64,000 nt of DNA from Callorhinchus milii (Eukaryota), in assembly GCF_018977255.1 (NCBI RefSeq), contig NW_024704745.1:12276001-12340000 (forward strand). The letters are read 5' to 3'. A program made the translations under genes and the position numbers. Of the stretch, positions 35,361 to 48,230 are shown one piece after another. Each line of letters starts with the position of its first letter. The first letter of the stretch is position 1. The notes beneath the pieces were generated by a model. That model was given only the letters and a program-made list of their open reading frames with translations, ran no database searches and had not been told where the DNA came from.

Positions 35361-37362
35361 CCGGCAATGAAGTTACCACAGACTGGCACCGATCCACAGA
35401 CCGGTCATGAAGAAATATTGGCTTATGTAACAGAGAAACGCTAGGTTACAGCAGTGCCCAATAATAAAATAATCACCAGAGCTTCAAACTGACCAGCTGA
35501 TTAGATTGATCTTAAGTTTCAGAAGTAGATCTTAGCCAAGTGGGCTCTTCTGCAAGTGGTAATGAAAAACACCTGCGGAGCAGTCAGTAAAATAAACATA
35601 CCAACTTCCTGTGTGTTTCAATGAGGTGTTAAATTAAAACACCGCTGGTTGTAATTTTTACCCCATTATCACTGTATCAGTTAATTGGTACATGCACAAA
35701 GCACCAGTGCGCCCCTTGATGGGCGAGGAAAAAGAGAAAGTTGGTGGTGCTCAGAATGCATTATTGAACTGCTAGTGCCTCCACTTTGGTCTTGCAGTCT
35801 GCGCCACAGGATGGATAATAAAATAATATAAGGCCAGGTATATTAGAGGCCTTTTGGAGCAAACCTCTCAGTTACATTGAATGCAACAGAGTGATATAAT
35901 CCTAGCTCCCCAATGTGAATCTATTTCTCATTTCAGCTGCCTTGTAGCGCATCTGTGCGATACTGCCCCATCAGTGCTAAATTACAGAGATTTTTCTGCT
36001 GTGCATTTGCTTGCCCAAGGAACTGGGTTGAGGTGGCCTAACCTTGTTGCATTTAAAATCAGTTACGAAGGAGAAGGAGTAGGAGTTCATCCTATCAGTC
36101 TGAGCTGGATGATGACCCAGAGGAAAAATGTTAGTTCTAACTCACTATATCAACCAGTCCTTGAGAACTCTAAACTATATTACCACTCGTTAAGCCTAGG
36201 CTATAAGTACACGATGGTTCTGTGATTGCCTACAAATACACAGTCTCTACACTTTACAGTGAATCCTGTGATGTTTTGATGATGCAATAAGGCTCTGTAT
36301 TGACAGCGAGGAATGTTGGTATTATTATTTGGTATAAAACAGGAAGCAGTTGATTTCACCAGCAGTGGAATCTCGTTTTGAAAAGCACGGAAATTCATAT
36401 GTGCAAAAGAATCAGCAATCCTGTTAATGTAACAATTTATTTTCTGACAAAACTGCTTAGATTAATGGAGCGTAACTACTACTGATGTGAATATCTTGTA
36501 TCCAATTGTCTCTGCCTTCAGTTAGAAGCAATTGGTAATAGGTCAGTAATCATCTTCAGTTTTTTTCCCCACTTAGTCTTCAGCAACTTGCTTCTAAATC
36601 TATGATTTGGAAGTTGACAGTTTCAAAGATATTATTTCTTTCCAGATTTTCAAAAAAGGCGTTTGGCCATTCATGAATAATCAGTAAAAGCGATGGATAA
36701 ATGCGTGCAATGAGTGAAGTGTATATTGTCTAAATACATTTAGCGCCGTGTAAACGGAATCCGAGCTTACGATAAATTATTTCCCAAACATTTCTTACAA
36801 CCAGCTTCCTTTCTGCTTTCCTCTGTTTGGTCTGAGTTCTCATTGTGCTTGGGGCTCACATCCTGCTTCATATCCAGCTTTTCTTTATTCGGCACAGTGT
36901 GCATAGTAAATTGGACAGCAACCAGAGGCAAGCTGAAGTAGCTTTAAACTTAAAGGAACTGTACACCAAAATAGCATGTACAAAATGCCCTGACTCTGCT
37001 AACAACTCTGGAACGTCTTTCAGTCACACAGCACAAATGTGGCCAGAATTTTACTGCAAATTGAACAGGTCTAGTTTAATTCACTCTCGATCCATGGGTG
37101 GCTGATATTGTCAGAAATATGATCAATACTAGATATGTCGCAAATTATATGCTGCCTGGTGTTAACCATCTAACAACACACAAGATTTCTGACCATCCCA
37201 AACTATTTGACAACTCTGTCTTGCCATTCTGCTCTTTCAGACTGATTCCCCTCTCCCTGAAGTGTCTTCTTCAATGGAATTCTTGAAACATGGTTACACT
37301 CTTCTTGGGCTTCCACTGTAAACCCTTCCATATTTTTCAGATGGCATTCCTTCATGTTTACT

Positions 37363-37398
37363 GGGTGATAGGTGGAAAGTGGGTGATAGGTGGAAAGT
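37363..37398. repeat. Perfect 18-bp tandem duplication
   Basis: gggtgataggtggaaagt x2. Confidence 0.95.
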
Positions 37399-38559
37399 CT
37401 TCCTAATTATTCCCCTCTCCTTTTCTTTTCCCTTAGCTATTTGGCTTATGTTGGGAAACAGTTTCATTCATTGACGTCAAACTATCTACTTAATCTATTT
37501 TAATTCCCAGTTGAAAAGGTATATCATCAGCTTTGCTGCTGAATGTTGCTTTTTGGGATGTCCTCCCAACCTGAAATGTAATTTTGTAATTATACAAATG
37601 TGATTTTGTAATGCTGTTTTGTTGTTTTTATTTTGCGCTATTCATTTGCGATTTGTGTAGGCTAAAATCTGAAAAAAAGGATGAGTAGGGCCTATTATAA
37701 GTCAATCATTGAAAATCACAGGGTAGACCTTGCAATATTTCTTAATGGATTTCTTACTGAAGAAATCAGAATGGGACTCCTTCCTAGAACTAAAGTACAG
37801 CACTTAACTTGTGGAAACCTCACTCCACAAATGGACTGAGTTGGGCAACAGGCATCTGGATTTCTTAATCAAGAAACCTGTTAAAAAATACTGGAAAATC
37901 AACCTCAGCTATATTTCCATTGAAGCTTTGTAATGGGATTTCCAATCTAAAAGCCACAATGAAAGCTCCCTACTTTTAATGATTATCATATGTGAGCTTC
38001 TGGTTCAGAGGGTGTAGTCGCAGTTACATTATTAGTGAGGTTTGAAAAATAAGTCAAGAAACAGTTCAAAGAACCAAGCCCATGATTTCATGTTTGAGTT
38101 TCAATTGAAAACATCTGCTGAACCCAAATGCCAATTAAATAGGATTTATTTTCATTATTGTGCTGTTTTAATTTGTATGTTTAATCATACTGGCAGTGTA
38201 TAATGTCATGCTATTCATGATGCATTAAAAATGTCCAATTCCAGTAATTAATTCTGAAATGGAATGAAAAGGTGCAATTAAGGAATAAAAATTAATCAGC
38301 TGAATGGTAGGTGTGCTATCAATAAAACTGCAGAACCTCAGCTTGACAATTTAAAACGCAGCTAAGACATTTCATTTTTTGCTAAATTGGGTGTTACTTG
38401 GGACTATAGACTTCAAAGCAACATGTGTGTAGGTACATTAGATAATGTCCAACTCTCTGAGAATGTTTGCTTTTACTCTTTGAAGCAATATCAAAATTAT
38501 CTTAAATTACTCTTCCCAAGCTTTTTGTCTGCTAAAATCTTGTAAATTATGTTTCTTAC

Positions 38560-39045
38560 ATGTGACCCCATCACACCCACCCTCGCCCGGCTCCACTGTC
38601 TCCCATCCCTCAGAGGATCAAGTTCAAAATTCTTGTCGTTACCTTCAAGGCTCTCCGTGGCCTTGCCCTCTCCTACCTCTCCGACCTGCTAACCCCTTAT
38701 TAACCTAACCACTTCCTCCCTTAGCAGGCTCCTGTCTGCTCCATGTGTCCCGCCTGACCCGCCCCACCATCAATGTTTTGTGCCTCTCTGACTCCATCAT
38801 CTGGAACTGCATCCCACATTCCCTTTGCCTCGCTCCCTCCCTTGCCTCCTTCAAGACAAGCCTCAAGACCCTCCTCTTCTACCGTGCCTTTGGCCACCCT
38901 CCTACCCTCTTTGCCCTACCCCCACCCCAATCCTACCAGCCCCCCCCAACCCCACCACTCTTAAGTCCTAATCCCTGACTGTTCAGCACCTTTGGACGTC
39001 CGCCCGACGTGAAAGTTGCTTTACCACTTTTGTATTGTATTGTAC
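38560..39045 (+). mobile_element. L2 LINE 3' end (ORF2 C-terminus plus tail)
   Basis: H.TP.LARLH.LP..QRIKFKILV.TFKALRGLA.SYLSDLL pattern; tail ttggacgtccgcccgacgtgaaag followed by (ttgta)n. Confidence 0.88.
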
Positions 39046-39276
39046 ATATGAATCATCACAGATTGCAGAACAGGCCCAGGCCTTTAGATCTGATTACCAC
39101 TGTAGCAGAGCTGGCTTTTTGAGCCCTGTGTGAATTGAACTTGAGGTACTTCCGAAACAAGTGTCTCAGCCTCAGATTGGATCACTCCAGCTTGCTTGAT
39201 CATGTGCAGTATACAGTAATAAACGTATCAGTAATTCTAATATTAAGCATATCTAAAGTAGAAATAGAGAAATATA

Positions 39277-40990
39277 AGAACATAAGAAATTCTAGAGGGA
39301 AAAAGAGCAAGTTCACCTTCCACCTTCCTGGCGGTCACATGCACATATGTCCCAAACTACCTATGTACTATATCCCATAATGTTATAATAATAATAATAA
39401 TTCTTGCATTTGATATAGCGCTTTTCATGTCTTCTCGACATCTCAAAGTGCTTCACAGAATAGACTGTAAAGTGAATATTTTTTTGGGCGATGTCCTCAC
39501 TTTCAAGGCCCTCCGTGGCCTTGCCCTCTCCTACCTCTCCGACCTGCTAACCCCTTATCAACCTGTTCGCTTCCTCCCCTTAGCAGGCTCCGGTCTGCTC
39601 CATGTGCATGCACATGTTATTTCCTAAAAGAAAGCTATCTAATCTGTGTTTGAAAGAATCAACACTTCTGGCTTCCACCATCTCCCTTGGGAGACTGTTC
39701 CACAAGTTTATTATTCGCTCACTGAAATAGTGTTTGTGTAGGTTCGTTCTGAATTTACCCCCCTTCAATCGCAGACTGTGTCCTCTGTTTTTACTATTCA
39801 GGACAAGTTGAAACAGCCTCTCATGATCTATATTGTCTTGCCCCTTTAGAATCTTAAAGACAGCAATCATGTTGCCTCTCAATCTTCTCTTTTCCAGCGT
39901 GAACAAGCCCAATTTATTTAGTCAGTCCTCATAATCCAGTCCTTCTATTCCCTCAATCATTTTGGTTGCCCTCCTATGTATCTTCTCGATTTCTCCAATA
40001 TCGTTTTTGTACTGCGGAGACCAGAATTGTACACAGTACTCTAAGTGTAGTCTTACCAATGATTTATACAGTAGCAGGATTACCCCACTATTTCTGCTTT
40101 CTCTTGATCTTTTGATACATGCCAACATCTGGTTTGTTTTACTCACAGCCACAGAGCATTGTTGGGAGAGCTTCAATTTATTGTCAATCAAGACCCCCAG
40201 ATCCTTTTCATTTTCTATACATATTATTTTCCTTCCGTTCAAATACTAGTCCCTTCCAGGATTTTGTGTCCCCATGTGAAGGACTTTACATTTCTCCACA
40301 TTGAATTTCATCTGCCAGCGATCTGCCCAATTCCCAAATATGTTCAAATCCTCCTGTAACCTATCTTGTTCAGCTTCGCAATCTACCACCTTCATTAGCT
40401 AGGTGTCATCTTAGCCACTGTGCTTGCGACTCCTAGTTCCAGATCATTTATAAAAATATTAAAAAATAGAGGTCCCAAAACATACATTTGTGCAACTCCA
40501 CTGATAACATTTTTCCAGTCTGATGTCATTCCCTGTACCACCATCCTCTGGGTTCTTCCTGTCAACCAATTGCGTATCTGTTGTAATATACCTCCATTGA
40601 TTCCCGCTTTCTTTACTTTCAGTACCAGCCTCTCAAGAGGAACTGTATCAAAGGCCTTACTGAAATCCAGATATACAATATCCACAGCCTTACCCTTATC
40701 AAGCTCCCTTGTCACATCGTCAAAGAAAACCAGTAAATTAGATTAGCAAGACGTTCCCTTTACCAACCCATATTAGCTATCATTTATGATTTTATTTCTG
40801 TCCAGATGCTCCCTAATTTTATCCTTAATAAGTCTCCATAATTTTACCCACAATGGATGTCAAACTTGTGGTCTGTAGTTTCCTGGGTCACTTTTGTTAT
40901 CTTTCTTAAGAATGGGAGTAACATCTGCCTTTTTCCAGTCCCACGGCATGCTCCAGTATTCGGATACTGAATAGATAATTTGAAAGATAA
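39277..40990 (-). mobile_element. CR1 LINE, about 1.5 kb, RT domain plus C-terminus, interrupted at 39386-39619
   Basis: VDIVYLDFSKAFDTVP...SGV.Q..VLGPLFFNIFINDL; LYKSLVRLHLEYCVQFWSPQY; LEKRRLRGNMIAVFKIL. Confidence 0.95.
39386..39619. mobile_element. Chimeric insertion: SINE tail (-) fused to L2 fragment (+)
   Basis: SINE tail 39386-39491, L2 piece 39492-39608, flanked by duplicated atgtta. Confidence 0.8.
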
Positions 40991-40994
40991 TTTC

Positions 40995-41345
40995 ACGAAT
41001 CAAATATAACTGTCAAATGGGAATAACTGTAGATCAATCCCACTATATAATAAATAATAATAATTACTTGCATTTGATTTAACATCTTATTACGCCATGA
41101 AAATGTCTCAGAGTGCTTCACAGAAATTACTGTAAAGTACAGTGACTGGGTAGTTGTAGGTGAATATGGCAGCCAATTTGCATTTAGTAATGCTCCATAA
41201 ACAGCCACGAAGAGAGTGACTAATTATATCTGTCAGGATACCAGGTGAAACTCCGGACAGGACTTCAGTTTAACGTTTAATCTGAAGAATGACACTGCCA
41301 ACAATATGGTGCTCCCCCAGCAATGCATTTACGTTTAAGCCTAGA
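40995..41345 (-). mobile_element. Old DeuSINE, degraded
   Basis: Tail ttacttgcatttgattt...gtgcttcacag; ggcagccaatttgca...aaacagcc; gtttaacgtttaatctgaag. Confidence 0.65.
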
Positions 41346-41909
41346 CTGTGAACTCAAAATCCAATCTCTAAGTACCGTATAGAATTTTAAAATGTCTAAC
41401 CTGGTGGAAAATATTTAATCCAAGAAACTTTTGCCTTTGGATTCAACCGTCTCACGATTTCTTGTAAATAGAAAGTCTTTCTTCCCTTAACATTACTGTT
41501 AAAATATAATTAATAAAAGTGCATTTATTTAAATATTCCGTTGAGATTCTAGGTCCTGATTTATATGTTAGCATTAATAAGGTAAGGATAATTAGAATTT
41601 CTCTGCTACTTTATACTTGGTCTGGTATGTGAAATTTATAATCATCTGATACGTGTCTCTTTGCTAGTCATTCTTTCTAGTGAACATTGTATAGTGCTCT
41701 CTAACTGTCTACAATATTAATAACAAACAGTCCATTCCTGCTTCTCGTACCTCATTGCATAGCGTTAAATGTTCTTGTGTAAAGGACATTAAATATGATC
41801 ACAGAGGTATCAGAATTTGGTAGCCCACAAAATATGAAGTCAATTCACTTTATACTATTATCTGTGAAGCTCTTTGAGATGTCGCAATGACCTGATAATT
41901 TGCTATATC

Positions 41910-42232
41910 AAATGCAAGGATCATAATAATATAATATTCCTTGCATTTGATATAGCGCTTTTCATGTCTTCTCGACATCTCAAAGCGCTTCACAGAATAG
42001 ACTGTAAAGTGAATTGACCGTATATTTGTGGGCGAAACGCGGCAGCCAATTGCGCATAGTAGTGTCCCACAAACAGTCGTGGATTGAAGTGACCAATTTA
42101 TTATTGTTTTTTGTTTTAGAGGGATTATTATTAGGCGTGTGGAGTAAGGAAACTTGCCCATGGTTTCGCCCTGCCTGGAATTGAACCCAGGTGTCTCGCT
42201 TGCAAGGCTAGTGCTCTAACCACTGAGCTACA
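41910..42232 (-). mobile_element. Young tRNA SINE, short form
   Basis: Full-length; ends ctctaaccactgagctaca. Confidence 0.9.
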
Positions 42233-44969
42233 TAATATTACTATTATCAATTATTAATTTGGGTTCTTTAATGCCTATTTCATTGATAAATTGTTAATAA
42301 CAACAATAATAAATCTTGCTTTTGATATAGCGGCTTATCAATAGTCTCAAGGCATTTCAGACGATTTCTACCGTGGAGGGCAGTCACTGTATTTCGTATC
42401 CTTTTTTATTCTTTCTTGCTGCAGATTTTTTACTTTTGTACACACAGAAATGCTGCTATCTTCTATAAATCACACTGAACCAATTCTATATTTAAGGTTC
42501 TTAGAGAGTTATGATTTCCCGCTGGCTGTTGGCAGCTCATTATTTCGGAAAGTTTTAAAAAATAATTGCAATATTTGTTTTATTGTAAAAAGAAAAACAC
42601 AGTCTTCTCATAATATTACTGTTAATACACAATTAAAATGTGTGTATTATTTTAAATAGCTGGACGAGACTCTATATCCTTAGTTATCCATTAATAGCAT
42701 AAACACAAGTAGAATTTCTCTTTTTGATCCAGTGTGTGACAAATTCATAATGTTAATAATTAATTGGACTTAGATTTCACAGACATTATTTGGCCCAAAA
42801 CATTCAAATTGCTAGTAAGTGATGACGCTTTAGATAGGACTGGCAGGATAGCCCTCTGGGCAATTATTTGATCATCATTGTATTTAATGTCAAAGATTAG
42901 TAATGTTGTCACCACAAGAGCAGATTTATTGAGAATTTTTAAAGAATTATCACCACTGGCCCTTACAAAGCAAATTGCTGGAATTCTTTATGGAATTTTG
43001 CCATGAATTTGCACCAATGCGTTATCTTCCACTCCAAGATGACTTGCTTTTAGAATTGTGTTTGTTTGAAAGAGAATGAGGACGCTTGGGAAATATGTGC
43101 CGTGACCTCTGTACCAACTTATATTGTTGGATCATATATTAGTGATTTACAGTTGGTGTGATTTCCCTAGAAATCTCAAGGGTCAAATTCATAAACACGT
43201 GTCCTGGGGTTTGCTGGGGTCCATTTTAGTCATATCCCATTGATTTTCCATGTAATATAAAGAAAGGAAAGATTTAGCTGCTCAGTTTTAGGTAAATTAT
43301 ATGAGATTCCTTCAGTAATTCTGGTACTAATGTTGATCGTAATGATCAGATCACACACCCACAAAAAATGTCACCCCAAGAAACGATGAAGCAAAATAAA
43401 GAGGGTTGAGTAGCATTCAAGGGTGCTTTTTATTGCTGACTTACAAACATTTGTGTGATTCAAGAGAGCTGGTGCGGAATCCCCTCATTCCAAATCAATG
43501 GGAAAAATACTAACCTCCCTCCCCCCTCTTTCCAGATTAAAATGGAAACGGATTGTGCCTGCACAGTTACCACAGAAACTCTTTCTCAGTTTCCTGCAGT
43601 TACTGTACGTCAATTTCCATTCACAGCCTAAATTATTCATAATGGCTTTGGGCCAGTAAGGATCATTCACAATGTTTGAGTCTGTGGGGGAGAGATTGCT
43701 AGCGATCCCATAGGTACTGATCAAGACGACATGGAGCACCATAGAGGGTATAAACTGACAATCATGAGAATATAACTTATAGAAGCTATAAACAGACAAA
43801 CACAAGAATAGAGCTTGTGAACACTCAAGTAACTGAGGAAAATGCTAATAATTTAATAATAGTTTGAGGATTTTAATGTAAAATGTAGCCACTGTGTATT
43901 TTGTAGGTGAAATGCAGCAGCGAATTTGCATTCAGCATCGTCCCACAAACAGCTGCGAAGTGAACAACCTAAAAAAGTGAGTTGCAAAGGATTTAAGTCA
44001 AATAATGAATGAGATCAAATGTGTTATCTGACTGATATCCCACATTGTATTTTGCTCTCTAACACCTGTGTGGGGAAATTTGTCTGAAAACAAAAATCGG
44101 ATTTGTACAAGCTTGAGAGCTCCATAGCAAAACATCATAAAACAGGCTCCAATTTTTTTGAACTGTAAAACAGCAAAGCTGCAGTTATACAATACATCAT
44201 GAGGCTCATGAGTGAGATATGATAAATGACTCCACACATGAGGCTAGCCATTATCCTCTTACAGAGCCATTTATCATGCAAGAACATAGAAGGCATGGAA
44301 TGAAAAAAAGATCGTTTTCGCCATCATAATGATCCCACCAAGAAATCATTTATGATTTACGCCATCACGACTCTTCCTAATTTATTGCCCCTGACAAAAA
44401 GCCCAAGATAAAGTTGAACATTTTCATTCAGTCTTTGCTTCCAAAAGGGGAACCTATATGCTATATTTCCCTTTACCTTCTCTGATTGAGCCTGGTGGTT
44501 TTTTTTAAATTGAGGAACCTCAATGAAGGGGCGAGGGCTCAGGCTAGGCCCACACTGCAGGAGACTGTCAGGTTTGAAAAGAGATGGTGAGAAAAAAGAA
44601 CAAGTCAAGAAACACTGTTTAAGTCATGCTAGGTTTAGAAGTCTTTGTTTCAGTACAGTGAAGGTGCACGCGAACAAAAACAATTGTAATTAAATTGTAT
44701 TTCATTTAACAATAAAATTGTAGTCAACATTAAAATTGTATTTTATCTATAACAAATCTATATTTCTCTTTGTAAATCTCTCCAATGACTGCTACTTTCC
44801 TTCAACTAATAAGACATTAAGCCTCAGCATATGCTGTTCCCTCTCCAGTACCATGTGATGGGAGGCAAAATCCTTTGGGCTAGGACTTGTTTAGCGAATT
44901 GTTTCTTCTCCCCTCCCCCTCTTCCAGTAATAGAGAATGCTCTTCTAACATGAGATGCTCTCCGGTCCC

Positions 44970-45200
44970 CAGCACTTGTGTCTTGCCATCTTTCGCCTAC
45001 TACTTCACGGAATTAGGTAAGCAGGATGCATCCCTCCACAGAGAGAGCGCATATTCTATCCAACAATCTACCTCTGGAATTTCTGGAATGTGTAGGTGGG
45101 ATGCATCTCCCAGTTCGGTTTGGATACTCTTAAGCATGATGGTGGGTTTCCTTCTGCGCATGTCAGACACCCGGCTAACCCAAAAAATCAAGAGATGCTC
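44970..45200 (+). mobile_element. Unclassified interspersed repeat (family X), 3' part
   Basis: ggaattaggtaagcaggatgcatcc...tttggatactcttaagcatgatggtgggtttcc...gtcagacacccggctaacccaaaaaa. Confidence 0.75.
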
Positions 45201-47984
45201 CATGAAATAATCTGCCAACTGGTGGAAGTTATCCACTTTAAACAGGTGCATTCAGATGTTCAACCCGCTGCAAAACATTGGTTTATCAATCCTTGAGCCA
45301 CCAGACCATATACATTCTTAGAAGATTACAAGTTGAATCCTATTAGTTCAGTTGTTTTATAATACAAGATAGGCAATATAAAATGACAAGTTACAGTTAG
45401 TATTCAGCATACTAATGAGCAGAATAAAGTTACTGACTTTAACACTGGGGGAAAATCCTATTAATGTCACATGGAAATTTGAAGACAAGAAGAACTCAAC
45501 TCCAGAATTAAACTATTCCCCACCACAACATGTAAAGGTGTAATATATTCTTATGACTAGAACATAACATTGTTTATGCTAAAAGCAACAAAGAATGATA
45601 TGCAATAAAGATTTAACAGAAGCTATTATCATTTTTAATACAGTATTTTTATTTTGAGTATGAGACAGAGGAATTTGCAAGTCACTGCACTTTACAATGT
45701 ATTCTGAGAAGTGCTTTGAGATGTTCCTCTGAGGTGAAAGGCACAATATGAAATGCAAGAATTATTATTATTATATGCATTTATGTGTGCGTGTCACAAA
45801 GAAACTGGAGTTTGTGGGTAAAATGTCACTCTCTGACCCTATTTACGTTACACTTTTTGCATTAAATCATGCAAAAATCACATTGATGAGTCGCAAAAAT
45901 CTAGAAGATAGGAGTAGAAAGTTAGAGTTTTGGCTATTGTCCTTGGTAAAGTAAAATTCAAAACAATTTAACTTCTAAAACTAGTTGAATGGAAAGTAAC
46001 ATTGAGAAAGGGAAAAAAATGCCCCTGTTCATATTCTTATAGTCTTTAATTATAGTTTGAGATTGTATTTCATGATGAGATGTTTGATGGTATTCTCTAA
46101 AGATGCCTCTAACAGGAGTCCCAGTGGGGTATTCTTATTCCTTTTGTAGTGATCATAGGTAATATTTAATTAAAACTGTGTATGTAAAAGCTTTTTGTTT
46201 TCTACAGTTCAATTGAACTTGCAAACCTAATTTCATATCAAGTAGAGCATGTTTTACATAATTTCATTCAGCTCAAGATTCCCTCCAATTATTTATCTAT
46301 AATCTGTGATATCTTGGAGTATAATGAACACGCTGAAAACTAACTGTATCTCTTCTCACAGTTGCCTGAATAAAATAAAAAAGCAATTATTTTCTTCGTT
46401 TCACATGTCCATTCGGAGAGGATGGTGCGCCTAAAGGGTGATAATTTGCTGAGATTGGATTTGGAAAGTTCAGTTAAAATGGTCATCCATTATATTAGTT
46501 GCTAAATTATTGTCGCTTTTATTACAATTAAGTGTCATATATCCCTGCATTAACATTGCTTCTGCATATGCCACTGGTTAGAATGCTCTGCTCCAACTGC
46601 AATATTATTTAATGCTTTAATGCTTTTGTCCCTAATGGAAAATGTCAGCCTTTTTTATTGTGGTGAGTGGACACACAATGTAGAGTGTATGCCGGACGCT
46701 GAGTAGGAAGGATAGGGAAGGGAGGAGATGACTGTACGCATAATCAAAGAGGTCATTTTTCAGGAAGTTTTTAAAGACAGGTAAATAATAATAATAATAA
46801 TTCTTGCATTTGATATAATGCCTTATCATGTTTTCGAGATATCTCAAAGTACTTCATTGAATATAATGTAAAGTGAATTGACTGTATATTTTATGGGCGA
46901 AACATTCTTAAAGAAGGAATGAGTTGGAAGAATATAAGGAATGACTTCCTTAATAAGGAATCATGCTATAATTCCTGTCAACCAGTGGACATCCCAATCC
47001 AGAGATTCTAATAGAGAAGAATTCTAATGGAGTTGTCAGTCTGAGGAACAGAAAGAGACCAGATTTGTGTGACTTGGATTCCTAATAGGGAATCTTGTTA
47101 AGAAATATTGCAAATTAGACCTTGATGAATGCAAACTCAAAACACACACAAGGCACTTCACCTGAAGCGATAACGGTTATGAAAAACAATAGCAAAACGT
47201 CCTCAAATATTTTATTTATAATTTCCCCAAACCTTTAACAGAATTCAGCCCAGAACACCTTTTCACACTGAAATAATTCTTGTCGCTTTAGTTGTACCAA
47301 ATGCAGCTAGGAATTATTTGGACTTAGGTTTGTACTTGGATTTCTTCATCGTGTAGTCAATACAATTTTGGTGGATAAAGATCGCAAGAAACAGATCACT
47401 GTTCAGTTTAAGTCTTCCTCCAGCAAATGCTTTTCCAGCCTAGCTCACTCAATACCCAGAAAATCCAGTGAATTTCTTGTAGTCTTACATCATTGTCAAC
47501 ATAAACTTCATGAACACCTCAATGTTTACTTTTAAAAGCAGGAACTAAACTGCACTTTACAATGATGTAGAATTGAAAGTACAAGAAATCTGGCTGTTAA
47601 AATTTACACTGTTAGCGTGACTGCTCAAAGTGACCCATAACTGCTTTAGGGAAATTACTTTATCACAATTGCTGAGTCTGAAAATGTTAGAGGGCCCTTC
47701 CTTCACAGTAGCTTGAGATCGATTTATTAGACCAGCACATTCCAACTAAATAGAAGTTAATTCTCAAATGATGATTAGTCACACAATACTTGCTGTGTGT
47801 TATCATTAGACTGAAATTATAAACCATAAAATTTGAGTCTTACTCAGGTTTCGCCTGAAGTAATTCTATCTGAGCGGATGTCCCGAATCTAGTAGAATTT
47901 TTGTAAATTTGTTGATGATTCCAGAGGAAACATCAACAATTTATTGTTGTGACTCACAAATTCAATAAAACCTAATGGTTGACT

Positions 47985-48230
47985 GCAGTAAAATGAATTA
48001 TACACAAGCACCCTTTACAAAATTGTATTAGTGAGTTATTAAAACATGGATTGCTTTTACATGAGTGGCTTCTCAGAGCAACATTTAAAAAGGAATCGGA
48101 TGAATATTTGAAAAGGAAAGATATGGAGAAAGAGCAGGGAAATTGGGGATTAGAGCAGCTGGCTCCACTTGAGGAGCAAGCACTGACACGGGCTTGAATT
48201 GGTAAATGGCCTTCTCCTAAGACGTAACTC
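47985..48230 (+). mobile_element. CR1 LINE 3' fragment
   Basis: gatgaatatttgaaaaggaaagat...gacacgggcttgaattggtaaatggccttctcct. Confidence 0.6.

Noticed and set aside
36780-37360. Hydrophilic minus-strand peptides suggesting a TTF2/TRIM45-like exon
   Set aside because: Multiple stops in every frame and no motif match.
47300-47530. CD58/CD2-like V-domain fragments on minus (VDNDVRLQEIHW ... KAFAGGRLKLNSDLFLAI)
   Set aside because: Needs a frameshift, has an upstream stop and poor splice sites, and overlaps an inverted repeat. Probably chance; a TBLASTN would settle it.
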